From Antechinus flavipes (Eukaryota), in assembly GCF_016432865.1 (NCBI RefSeq), contig NC_067400.1, positions 485,150,001-485,214,000 on the forward strand: 64,000 nt of DNA, in the 5' to 3' direction. The first letter of the stretch is position 1, and each line of letters starts with the position of its first letter. The position numbers were made by a program, and so were the translations under genes. The notes beneath the pieces were generated by a model. That model did not search any database. It saw only the letters and a list, made by a program, of their open reading frames with translations, and had not been told where the DNA came from. Shown piece after piece: positions 22,440 to 34,850 of this stretch.

Positions 22440-23530
22440 ATGAAGAGGAAAAGACTAAGCTGTCTCAAGTGGCCAATGCAAATATATAGCAAATTCATAG
22501 GCCAACTTGGATTTTTCAGGATCACTTATAGTAAATGAAAGCAATGACAGATAATATAACTGAGGAGTAATAATACAGAAGAGTAGCAGAGGCCTGTAAA
22601 AACACTGTCAGGAGCACAAAAGCTCAGAATGAGCAGTGTCTGGCAATCAATTATAAGACCAACCAAAAAAGACTTTCTGCTCTGTTGGGGGAAAGAGCCA
22701 GATCAAAGGAGGGATAGTATCACTAATAAGATGGAATGATATAATGGCTGATGAAGTAAAGAACTACTTGGTTCTTGTGTTCTCTGCAAAGAAGCATGGT
22801 CTTTGGGATATAATATAGACTAAATAGAATAGAATGATTAGCAGGGATTTATAACCCAAAACAGGCAAGGAAATGAGAAGCCAGCACCACACCGCCTTCA
22901 ATTGAGTTCATCACCAAGAACAGATGAAAAAAATTTGAGGATACTGAAATTGAGGAGATAAGGGTGGAGTGTGGGGAAAGGATGGAATAAAGGCACTTAG
23001 TAAGAGTTTAATGTTTATTGACTGATTGATAAATCATCTTATTAAAGGAAATAATTATCACCAGAAAATAGCTTTGCTTTAAGAGAATAGAGCAAGCTGC
23101 TCTCACCTCATTTCTATTTTTAACAGGATTACTAGGATTTTCAATTAAGGTGATTTTGTACTACAATACAGCTTGATTTCAACAGAATCATTAACAAAAT
23201 TTTTCATACTATATTTTTACAAAATGGAGAAGCGTGGGCTATGAGACAAGATACTTAGGTCCATTTAGAATTGGTTTCATGATTAGTCCTAAAGATTATT
23301 CATTAATAGGTGAAATTTTCATGGTAGAAGGCCTCTAGAAGTACACCAGAGGTCTGTCCCTCAGGCTGGTATATCATTTTAAGCAATGATTTGTGTAAGA
23401 TCATAGATGATATAACTGTGAAATTTGAAAAGAACACAAATCCAGGAAGAATAGCTAATGTTCCAGGTAACAAAATCAGGAACACGATACTCAAAACTGG
23501 CTAGGATGGTGGGCTGAATAAAATAAGATA
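22440..23530 (+). mobile_element. CR1/L3 LINE ORF2 remnant (old)
   Basis: Degenerate CR1 RT landmarks: cagcttgatttcaacaga (YLDFSKAF-like), gaggtctgtccct (QGSVLGP-like), gtgaaatttgaaaagaacacaaa (KFADDTKL-like). Confidence 0.75.
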
Positions 23531-23869
23531 GTACCAAGGCTTGAGACTAGATTTGTTATTTCACTGTTATGTGATTTCTCTCAGTGTAGAACTTCCTCCT
23601 CTACCAAGGACAATCAGTATCTTCTTTGCAGCCCAAAATCTTTGAAAAGTACCAAAAAAAAGCAGATGTTAAATGACTTGTCCAGATGGGTACTCCATCT
23701 GAGGAACGACTTGAACACAGTTCTCCATCATTCCTGGGTAAACTCTCTTTGGCCACCACATGGCAATGCCTCAGATGGAATTAAATCAAGATCCATATGA
23801 AATTCTGTTCTTGGATTTCAACAAATCAGCTAAATAAATACAGGATAGGGATAAAATGAACGTAACTGT

Positions 23870-24410
23870 TAAAAAAAAAAAAAAAGGAAGATCTAAGAAC
23901 TCTGATCACTTCTACAACTAACCACAATACTTGATAAAACTAATGAGAAAGCATGAAACTTACCTCCTGACAGAGAGGTGATAGAGTAGAAGTGTAGAAT
24001 TAAACATAGATTTTCAGATGTGGACAAAATATGGCATTGTTTTGTTTTATTTTATTTATTGGTCACAAGGGAAGGATTTTTATTTAATTGGAGGAAGGGA
24101 GAATTAAAGGGAAGGAAGGAAGTGAGCATGGTTCCTGAAAGAGTAGAAAAGGAAAAAAATGAGGGTCATTTAAGCATTTTTTAAATACAAAGAACATGAG
24201 GAAATTTGGAAGCAAAAAGACAAGCAGGATAACTTCAAAAAGAATATATTGAAATTTTCTATGCTTTTTTAAGTGTTTAAAAAAAAAACAGCAGCTCAAA
24301 ATAAAGATTTGTGGCTTACCTACTGCTTTTCTGTTCTTTGCATATAAAAATATTCACATTTATTGATTTTTTGTTAAATTATTAATAACAAAAGTAAAAA
24401 GTATTTTTCA
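23870..24410 (+). mobile_element. Old L1-type 3'UTR fragment inside the CR1
   Basis: Resembles old marsupial L1 3' ends from recall; family not resolved. Confidence 0.45.
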
Positions 24411-24479
24411 CAAAGATATACAGGATAAGAGATTTATGACTAGACAAGAGTACGTATTAAAAAGATATGAGTTTTCTGT

Positions 24480-24630
24480 TGAGTTGTAAACTTGATATAA
24501 ATCAACACTGTGGCATAGTAGTCAAAAAATAGTAATTTGATGCTGCTTTAATGTCTAGAATAATGGAGATGCCCTAATTAGAACTATTTAGGAGTATTAG
24601 GTTTACATCTAGGGACCATATTTTGGAAGG
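24480..24630 (+). mobile_element. CR1/L3 fragment (continuation)
   Basis: acactgtggcatagtagtcaaaaaa...ggagtattaggtttacatctagggaccatatttt (AAKKANA...LEYCVQFW-like). Confidence 0.6.
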
Positions 24631-25043
24631 GCTTTATATGAATTGTCCTCAGCTCCACCATGACCCCTTTCCTTGGTAATATCATCGTTGATAACTGATA
24701 TCTTATGGCTGTGTCCCAAGCTCCACTATCATTTTCAATGTCATAACTAACACCTGATACCTTCAAGCTGTTTAAACGAGAAGGGATCATAAATAAATTG
24801 CTCCTCCTCCTTCCAGATCCTGAATGTTTTTCAATGGATCACAGATTTGAAGGGATGAGTTTCCATTGTCAAATAGAATAGGATGCTCTTGATTCAATGA
24901 CCTGTCCCCCCAAAAGGAATGGACTGAGCAATGTAAATTTCTAGTTAATTAATGGAGGTCATACTCCCCTTCTTCCAATCCAATAATTTCCACAAATAGA
25001 GTTTTCAAGGTATAGAAGCAAGCATTGCATCATCCTCTTATTT

Positions 25044-25066
25044 AAAAAAAAAAAAAAAAAAAAAAA
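25044..25066. repeat. Poly(A) tract, 23 nt
   Basis: Direct reading. Confidence 0.95.
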
Positions 25067-25751
25067 GGGATAGAGCCTAAGTATAGTTGTTGGAGGGCAC
25101 ATAACTGAGAACTGTGATTCTAGTCAATACTTCTAGATTTTTGCTATTTATTACTTTGTCCAGATGAATAGATAATAAGATTATCAAATATGTATAAGAA
25201 AAAAACTCCAAAGATTCAAATAGTGGTAGTAGTAATATAAATTTAAAACAAACATGAAAGTTCAGTCAGAGGTCTTGGTTTATTTAATTCTAAGATCCCA
25301 TCTGTTTCTAATACTTTACAATGATCTGACTATAATTCTGAAAAAGAGAAGAAACTATCAAAAATATTTTAAATATTCTCTGCCCACCAGTGGTCGGATC
25401 CTTGAATCTATCCTTCTAGTTCAGGCCAATAAGTTGTATCCCTCATTCAATCTTGCCAAAGAGACAAAACAACCAAAATATTCAAGGAAAATGTGAAGGA
25501 TGTAACACTTGAAGTTAGAGCATGATATAGCCAGTTATATATCCTTCTATAATCCATTTTCTATACCCAAGTTCAGTTATATCCATCCCTGTTTCAGCGC
25601 TCATATATTAATGCAATGAAATTTCATGAAAAGATCAATAGACTTGTAATCCTTTAAGGAGTAGTTGAAGGAATTATAAATGTTTCATCTAGTGAAGATG
25701 AAACTTAATAGGAGATAATAATTGGAGTAGTTGGCTTCCAGGGTGATCAGG

Positions 25752-25943
25752 TAGGGGTCCTCAAACTTTTTAAATAGGGGGCCAGTTCACTGTCCCTCAG
25801 ACTGTTGGAGGGCCGGACTATAGTAGAAACAAAAACTTTGTTTTGTGGGCCTTTAAATAAAGAAACTTCATAGCCCTGGGTGAGGGGGATAAACATCCTC
25901 AGCTGCTGCATCTGGCCTGCAGGACGTAGTTTGAGGACCCCTG
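25752..25943 (-). mobile_element. OposCharlie1 (OC1)-type non-autonomous hAT MITE, 192 bp, inside a CR1 3' remnant (about 25640-26175)
   Basis: TIRs (C/T)AGGGGTCCTCAAACT ... AGTTTGAGGACCCCTG; the body matches my recall of the dasyurid OC1 non-autonomous element. No TSD recognisable. Confidence 0.8.
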
Positions 25944-26239
25944 ATTGTAGAAGAAGCATTGGACACGTTCTACTTTAGGAAAAAGAAGATTTAAGATAAA
26001 TTGTAAGAAAAATTCCCCAGCAAATATAGCTATCCAAAGAGAATGGAAAGACTCAGATAGTAGAAGTCTCCACAAAATGGTGGTATGATCATTTGATGGG
26101 GGTTATTGATTGGCAAGATTTCTATTAAGATATGAGATAAATTAACTGATCTCTGAGATCTTTTCCAACTTTTCCAACTGAATCTATGATTCAGTGACAA
26201 GATGATCTCTAAGATTCCAACAAGCCTTAAATCCTATAG

Positions 26240-26650
26240 TATGTCTTAAATCCTGGGAAATATGAAGTGTTCAGCAAGAATTATCACCTCCAATGGGAGG
26301 GCTTGCCAAGCCTTTGTCAGAACTGCTCATCCACCTGCCTCACAACTTTTACCTGTAGCTCCAAGAATCTGTAACCTATACACTGGTTACAACCCAATAA
26401 AACCATCTTAACAAATGTCTAAATTAAATTGAAGGTAACCAACAGGCCTCAAATCCATCAGTGAATTATGGGGGCATCTACCCCAAAGCATGTGAAGATT
26501 CTTCCCAATAGAATGGGCAAATGTGGACAATTTGTTCCAATGACTATGAAGATGGCTAAAGCAGGACTGTGGGATCCTTAGAGCTTGGTGAGACATCCAA
26601 GATGACAAGATTATCCACTGCATCCCCACCTTGGTGACTCTTCAAGAGAA
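26240..26650 (+). mobile_element. RTE-clade 5' region / WALLSI-type element
   Basis: ggtaaccaacaggcctcaaatcc...ctaccccaaagcatgtgaaga...ttagagcttgg...atccactgcatcc, typical of marsupial RTE 5' ends. Confidence 0.65.
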
Positions 26651-26694
26651 TGAAGTCAATGATTCAAGGTAATTCTAATATATTTGGGATGGAA

Positions 26695-27005
26695 AGTGCT
26701 ATTTGCATCCAGAGAGAAAACTATGGAGACTGAATGTAGAGCAAAATATCTTTACCTTTTTGTTTGTTTCTTTGTTTCTCTCATGTTTTATTTTTCCCTT
26801 TTGGTTTCATTTTACTTGCACAAGATGAAAATATAAAAATATGTTTAAAATGACTACACATATTTAACCTATATCAGATTGCTTGCTGTCTTGGGGAGAG
26901 GGAGGGAGAAAGGAAGGAAGAAAAATTTAGAACACAAATTTTATAAAAATGTATGTTGAAAACTATGTGTACTTGTATTTGGAAACATAAAGTACTATTT
27001 AAAAA
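26695..27005 (+). mobile_element. LINE-1 3'UTR fragment
   Basis: gcatccagagagaaaactatggagactgaatg...gattgcttgctgtcttggggagaggg. Confidence 0.8.
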
Positions 27006-30000
27006 AAGAACACCCTAAACAGTTATCTGTCTGTGTGTACCATTTGCACATAACATATATGTCCATACATGTGTGTATACATATAAAATCATCTTTGTAT
27101 CAATATACATATGCATAAAATATGTATCCTCAATATATACACACACCCTCAATATATAAGATGCTGAGATCCTAGACTTTATGATGGTAATGAGACCACC
27201 TTGACTCCTGAGACCATACAGAAATATCAAAAGTTCTGAGATGTTACCAAGATAGAAAGACTATGTATGGCCCTTTGACAAACTTGTACATCTATCTAAA
27301 GGTGAATCCAGTCCTAAGTTTGGGGGTCATCCCAGTTGGCTTCAAAGTAATGAATTTTTCAGCAGTCAGCAACTGCATGGTTGGGAGGCTATAGTCTGCA
27401 TCCTTGGAAGGAATTCCCACACCGAAGAAATGACTTATCTTTGAAATACTGAAATATGAATAATGAAGGAAGGCCTTCAGCACATTGGATAGCCCATCAT
27501 CCATTGAACTACCTAATGCTGATTGAGAAGGATGAAGAAAGGAGAAGTGATCTTCTCACTCTTCTAAAAAGTTACCGGGCCCCATAAATATGAACTTCCT
27601 GAGTGATTCCTGATTCCCTAGAATCCCCTAGATTCCTTTAAGGCTAAGATCAAGTGTCATATCCTGAACCTTTCAGTGACCAGTGCCTTTCATTCTACCC
27701 TCACAATTACTTTGTATACCATTTTTAAATTTTTATAGGGATATACATGTTGTTTTCTTCTAGTAGAATGCAAGCTCTTTAGGGAAAGAACTTTTTTGTT
27801 TATGGTTTTGTTCCCAGCACCTTATATAATACATAGAACACCGAGGTCATTTGACAAATTAGTGTTGAATGAGTAGATGAATTAAGGCGTGAATGAAAAC
27901 ACCGAAGAATAAATTGCTACACATTGACAAAGGAGAAATAATTCAGATTAGGACCACCATCACCACCATCATCGGTAGCAGAGCTTCAAGTGATATGGAA
28001 TTTATGGTACATGGACTTGTAAGCAGAGAAATAACTGTACAGGGCTTTTCTGAGGTGCTGTAATGATTATAGCACACTGCTTTTGTGTCACTACTTCTTT
28101 GTTCCATGGAGAAAAAATAAGGGATATTTCAAAGCCCAGGATAAAGCCCAGGGAGAGAAAAAGGCTCCTGCAGAGATGCTGTCCCAGCACATCAAGTTCA
28201 ACCCCAGACTCCCTGGGGATGAGTAGTAGGAATAGTGAAGAGTTTTAAATGCCTTTCTACCTTCATAGACAAGTCTGTTTAGAAGCCCCTCTTCTCTGGT
28301 GAGAAATATGCTTTTCTGGACCTCATTCTGCCCAAGAGAAGGCATTTTTAATGACCTCTAGCACTCAGGGAGGGGTTTGACAGGTCCAAAATAGGGATCA
28401 TGCTTACATACAGCACACTCAGCCCAGGGAAATGAACAATCAATTCTCAAGCAACTCTACAATAAGAAGAGGGCTAAGAAGTAATCTCCGAGCACTAGCT
28501 GCTCCTAGCTCTTCCCCTCTAACCTAACTGAATTTGCCCCTTTGGTGTCAGAATTCCTGGATACACCTCAGTTGCTGGGAAATAACAACACAAAGGTCAT
28601 GGCAGTAAGCAACAGTCACCCACAGAGTGTTTCCTTTTGAGAAAAAGGCCTCATGCTGACTGTGAGTCTGAGACAAGAAGCTGCCAAACATCCTAGTGCC
28701 TGAAAATAGAATTTCTTAGGAAAAAAAGGTTAACTTTCCATTCACATACTGCAATAAGATCAGCAGGCACTCATTGGTCTCTTCAGTCACACCTGAAGGT
28801 CCATAGTCATATCATTGCTAATAGGATAATTTTCAAGAAATAAGGCCTATGCTACCTTTATATGGCCAGATGTCCAATATTGAAATAATAGCATAAAGCA
28901 ATTGTCCTGGACCCTCAGGCAAAAATACCTACTCTTGAAGAAGAATAGGGGATTGAGAGGGCTTAAATTTCCTGGGCCAATCATCAATTATTGAAATAAA
29001 GATTTTCATGTTACAAGATTTGGAGTAGAAAAGGACCTTAAAAATCATTTAATCCAAGCCACCAGTATTTTCTTTGATAGATGAAAAAATCGAGATCCAA
29101 AGATGCCTCTACATTGTTTTGTCTGGTTAGATATAGTCCATTTTTAATAACAGGCTTTTAAAAATATCTATCTTTGCCTTTAAAATAAAAATCAAAGGAG
29201 AATTCACAACATATTTAAACACATTTAATTTAACTCGTATTTATCTAGCACCTCAAGGTTTAGAAATCATTTTGCAAAAGATACCCCTGCCAGGTAGATA
29301 AACTAACTTTTAATCTGAATTGGCTTAATTAGAAGGAACATTGGACCTGATGGAATACCTATTCTTCTATTTTATAGATTTAATATTCCAGGGCAAAAAA
29401 AATAATCTGTCCTTTATTTTTTCTCCTCATTTTTCTCTCCTTTCGGTGTTTTTCATTTCCCCTATAAGGTAAGAATTGCAAATATTCATTTGAGTCAATT
29501 TATTTTTAATTATCTATAACATGCAAATTTTCCATGATGCTCTAATCTCCCTCTGGGGAAGAGCTGTTAACAAGCAAAGCTTCACCTATGGGCAAGGGAA
29601 AAGGGGGGAAGGTAGGAATGAGACATAGTAAGAGGGAAATGTGACAAAGCTGTTGTTAATCAAGTCCCATTGCCTCATCACTCCACAGCTGATGTGCAGG
29701 AGTGCGCTGTACCCTGAGTTCTCCCTCCCAGGAGATCACACATGTCCTCTTACTCCTGTGAGGAAGAGAAAATAGAGATGGGGAGAAGGATCAGTGATTG
29801 AGGGCAATGGTCCTAATGAATCAATTTGGCATGCCATGGAAAGAGGCCTGTGTCTCATCATCTGATTTCAGCCATGCTGCATCTCTTGCATAGCAGAACA
29901 GTAAGTTAAAATGCTTTTGTTTCCCAAAGGAATGCCATTCCCCAACCATTCTGAACAAATCACTTTCACCAGGCTCTGACGTTCTCAGACATTCAGCTCA

Positions 30001-31469
30001 TTTCTCATGCTCCCCTAATTAAACCCAAAACCAACTTGGAATGATAAAAAACTCTACTTATGTGTGTTAGGCAACATTTGTACACCAAGTGTAAACAGGG
30101 AAATCGGATACAGCAAACTTAGCTTTTCAAGGTAGATAGACATATGGAATGAGTTTACAGGTCCAAGTGTAAAGGACGAATGCAGCTCATGAACTTCTTT
30201 GCCATTTCAGCTGGTTTCCAAAAATAGTGAGGTGAAAATTGGATTGACAAAGCAAGGGAGAAGATAGCTATTTAACAAAAACAAACCAGCCAATGGATCC
30301 ATTCCTGGTGTTGAAGTAGTTTATCCATCTAACTTCATGCCTTTGAAGACAATTGAGAGCAATGACAATGATCACGACAGTAAATATTGCTCTGTCTTCA
30401 GCTGGATGTAATTTTATTGACGTTAGTCACAGAATGTTCTTGTCATCAAGACATAAGCATAGATACAACCCACTAAAAATGCTTCTGATAAAAGGGAGAT
30501 AAATGCTGGGGGAAGCAAGAAAAGTCCTGGGATCATAGATTTGGAATTGAAAGAAATCTCAGAGATCGTCTAGTCCAACCTCTTCATTTTACAAATAAGG
30601 AAACAGATCCATAAAGATCCTAGATTCATAGAGCTAGAACCAGAAGGGATCCCAGAAAAAATATAATCCAATTTTTTTTAATTGAAAGCCAAAGAGAAGA
30701 GGCTTTTCCAAAATTACATAGGTAATTTGACAAAGGCAGAATTTAGATCTAAGTCCTCTGATTTCAAATCCAGTATTTTGCACTGAATTTTTGCACAATT
30801 CCCACTTTGCATTATCTCTCAAGTGAGGAAACCCAGGAGAAAGGACCTCTAATTATTCAGAAGAGTCCACCAAGCCATGCATTGAAGGCACAGCTGTAGA
30901 GAATATGTTTTTATTTCTCTCTACATTCCCATGGGGAACAGCTCATTCCCTCTTATAACATCAGCTACCATCTGTAGTCTTACAATTCTCAAATGTACAT
31001 CTCCAATTCCTATCTGGGGATAAATAGTGCTTACTTACACGGTATCTCCACATTCCTTAACATGTCTAATATGAGCCAGATCTCTTTCCCCACTATCCCC
31101 ATGCAGGGAAAACATACTAGATGGTTACAGAGTAAGCTTAAGGGGTCAGGGCCAGATGGAAAAGGAGTAACCAACAGGTAAAACTAAATTAAGGACATCA
31201 GATACTGTTTCCTGTATTTGTGATGTCTCTATCCCTAATCTTGTTAGGGGCTTAAACCTTTCGACTCTGGAACTGCTTTCCTTGGACCTCTGCTAACATG
31301 AATAGCGTGTCTCCCATGGCCTATCATATCAAGGTCATCTTTGGCTGAAATATTAGCCACATTGTCACCCCACAAAATACCACTGGCACCACATCCCTTT
31401 CCCCTTGTCCCCCTTTCAAGTTTGGGAACCATAATCAAATCAGTTCCACTATGACTACTAAAAAGTCAG

Positions 31470-32970
31470 TCAACAATCATTGATTTAGTGTTTACTATAT
31501 GCCAGGAACTGAGCTAAACACTGAGAATACTGATACAAGCAGGAAAAAAAACAAAACAAAACTTCCTGTTCTGAAAGAGCTTATATTCTAATAGAGAAAA
31601 ACCAATACATTAAAGGAATCTCAAAATCTGAAGAGGGGGCAAGGAGAAAAAAAAATGTCCCTTTGGAGGGGATCCATTGAATCAGAAAAAGAAGCCATGG
31701 TACAAAAGGTATTTTAAATGTATGAATTCCAGGGCTAGAATAAGCTTTCAGAAAGAAAAATTTTTGAGGCATGGTAGAGAAAGTATAGAGTGAATCCTGG
31801 GGAAAAAAATGAGAAAAGATGGGCCTGTTTACTCCTATATGTTTCTCCTCATTTTATCTGTAACTTTTCAAAGCAAAACACTGCTTGACCACTCTTATAT
31901 ATTCATTGTCACTACAAACTCTTTGAGGAGCAGGAACTGCTTTTGCTTCTATATTTTTCTCCAGTACTTGTCCCAGAGTTTGGTACCAAATAAACATTAA
32001 TAATTGTAGTTTTTTTCATTCCTACATTCATTCATTCAATTATTCACCCATTCAGTTCCTTGATCAGAGGAATCTAGGTGGTATAGTGTTTGGAATGCCA
32101 GAAGCAGGAGGACCTGAGTTCAAATTCTGCCTCAGATACTTTCTAGCAATCTAGAGATCCCAGACAAGTTACTTAATCCTGTTTGCCTCAGTTTTCTCAT
32201 CATCTATAAAATGAGCTGGAGAAGAAAATAGCAAACCACTCTGGTAACTTAATTTTAGGATATAATTCTTTTCTTAGCTCTCCTAAAGTTGATTTTTATC
32301 TCTTATGATTTTGACCTATCTTCCTTTTTGCTTCCTCCTTCTCATCTTTCACCCTGAATTCTAATCTCCATGTTTTACACTACCTAATCCTGCTGCCTGA
32401 TTCTTTTTCTTAGTTGAAAATTTAGCTTAATTTTCAAGTTTAACTTATAATTCAGCTCAGATTAACTGGAACAATGTGGTTCAGTAGTAAGTAAGTTAAT
32501 GATCATTTATTAATCTTTTACTACACCCCAGACACTGTATTAATTACTTAGAAAACAAAGGCAAAAAAAAAAAAAAAACCACCATAACTCCCTGCCAACA
32601 GGAAGATTACAGTCTAATGAAAAAGACAGCATGTAAATAACTAGGTATCTACAAGATTATACAAAGTCAATGGAAGGTAATCAGGGTGATTCATTTGGAA
32701 CTGGTAGAACTAGGAAAGACTTCCTCCAAAAGTTGTAATGTGGTCTGAGTCTTAAAGATTGCCAGGTGAACTAAGAGACAGAGGGGCAAAGACAGAGCAT
32801 TCCAGTCACAAAGAATAACTGATATAAAGGTGTAGAGCCTAGAGGTGGAAAGGCTAATAAGTCATTTTATTTGGATCACAGGGTGTATATAGGAGAATAA
32901 AGTATAAAAAGTCTAAAACAAAGACAGTAAAGAAGTCAGATATAGAGAGATCTTAATACCAAACAGAAAC
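31470..32970. mobile_element. Mosaic of L2 fragments (about 31470-31740 minus, 31860-32040 plus, 32490-32970 minus) and a Mar-type SINE (about 32065-32245 plus)
   Basis: L2 termini (tactatatgccaggaactgagcta; ccagagtttggtaccaaataaac) and SINE CORE gaggacctgagttcaaattctgcctcag. Confidence 0.6.
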
Positions 32971-33837
32971 CATTTTCTTCTTATTATCATCTTTCTTCCA
33001 GTTTTTCAGGCAAGAAAATGCAGAGCTGAACACATAGTAGGTATTTTAATAAGTCTTGGTTGATCAACTGATTGATGGGAAGTGAATTTCACAGTAAAAA
33101 TATATTCTGTAAGACAATGAGGATTTGAGACTAAAAAACTGCTGCAGGAAAAGAATTAAATGAGCTAAACTAATTTTAATAGTAATTCTTTAATAATGGT
33201 GGCTGCATGTTAACAAGGTAAGTGTATCACTAGCTTTTGTTAAACATTTTTCTCTTATGATGTGAGCTGTTCTATTTTTAAGTACCTAATATTAACATTC
33301 CCTGAACACCAGCAGCAAGTTAAAAACTGTTTAAAGTGTAGATACACTCACTGTCTCTATACTATATTAATCAACAGGTGGGTAATTAAGTAGAAAGCTC
33401 ACAATCTGAATGAAATAAATAGTATACAAAAAATCGTTAAAAGTGGAAATAGAGAAATAGACTGGGGAAAGAGAGGGATTGAGTAACTTTGAGATACAAT
33501 ATCTGATTATTTCAAGCCCATTCATTTCAGCTCATTATTAAGAGATTCCCATCCTCTCTTCTTGGTGTCCAAAGCACAAAGTTTGCAATTTGTGGACTTA
33601 ATACCATTAAGAAGTCTGTCTGTATGCCTGAGGAACAGCAAAACCATCTCCCCTTTCTGATATCACAGAATAATGAATTAACAATTATTAAATCAAAGAT
33701 ATCCATGGAAGTTAAACCATGTATGCAATAATGAGCCACAAACTAACAGGGATTGGAAAACTATAAGATGCAGTCTCTGAGCTCAAAGAGCATATAGCCT
33801 AATTGGGTAGAAAATAAATCCCAGTAAATGAAATTAG

Positions 33838-34020
33838 AAGCAAGAGTTCTTAAGCTTTTTTGTCTATCATAGACTCATTGGTAGCTTGGTGAACACTTCA
33901 GAACAATGTTTATTGGTTTTTAAATTGTTGATGAGAAATACTAAATTTCAGTTAAAAATTAATGAAAATGAAAAAAAATGGGCATTTTTCACACCCAAAT
34001 CCACAAGCCCCTTGAAAAAA
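33838..34020 (+). mobile_element. Degenerate old hAT-Charlie MITE (MER3/MER33-like)
   Basis: caagagttcttaagctttttgtc...ggtgaa...cagaacaatgttt resembles Charlie-type left ends. Confidence 0.45.
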
Positions 34021-34284
34021 CAGAATATGTATATTAGAATTCAGGGGTTTTGACCTGGGGCACACAGACACCCCCTCCTTGACAGATTTCAGGTTTAGTT
34101 GGTAAATACTCTAAAGGGAAGATTTCAGGAAAATGTCTTTATAAGTCTTCTCACAAATCTGTCCATCTTGAAACTAATGAAGCGAATAAACAATGTCAGG
34201 GTCAAAGGGAAATCATTTCGAAGTTAAGGAAAGAAAATATTTTGGCGCTATTCTTATTTAAATATCTATCAAGAGTCTCTAGAA

Positions 34285-34486
34285 CAGCGGTTCTCAAACT
34301 TTTGTTTTCAGTATCTTTATCCTATTAAAAATTATTGAGGATCTCTCCAAAGCGTTTTTGTTTATCTGGGTTATATTTATAGACATTTACCATATTGGAA
34401 ATAAAAACTATTTTTGAATTTGTAGACCCTCTAAAAGGGCTTCAGAGATCCCCAGGATTCTCTAGATCACACTTTGAGAACCACTG
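34285..34486 (+). mobile_element. hAT/Charlie4-like MITE, copy 2 (202 bp), with an 8-bp TSD
   Basis: TIRs CAGCGGTTCTCAAA / TTTGAGAACCACTG; TSD ctctagaa / ctctagta (NTCTAGAN target typical of Charlie elements). Confidence 0.93.
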
Positions 34487-34654
34487 CTCTAGTACATTGG
34501 ATGAACATCAGACTAGGTACACACTTAAAAGATCAGAAATAGGCAAAAATTTGGCCTTTAAATTGTGATTAATGTGAAAACAGCAGGAGAAAAAAATAGG
34601 GAAATTTGGTGTTTGATGAAATAAAAGTTCAATTTAACTACTCCTACTCAGAGT

Positions 34655-34850
34655 GTGGTATAGTGGAAAGAACATTGTGCCTGGAGTTAAAGACCAGGGT
34701 TCTATATCTGCCTCTGTCACAACTTGAGTGACTTTGAAAAACTCACTTTGTCTCCTTGAGCCTTAGTTTCCTCACTTGTAAAATGAGAATAATAATGTGT
34801 GCACTGTTAATCTCACAAAGTTGTTGTGAAATTCTATAAAGAATATTCAA
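34655..34850 (+). mobile_element. MIR SINE
   Basis: gtggtatagtggaaagaac...gagccttagtttcctcacttgtaaaatgag. Confidence 0.7.

Noticed and set aside
27953-27975. His6-like coding run (DHHHHHHR*)
   Set aside because: A short (CAC/CAT)n microsatellite followed immediately by a stop, with no vector context
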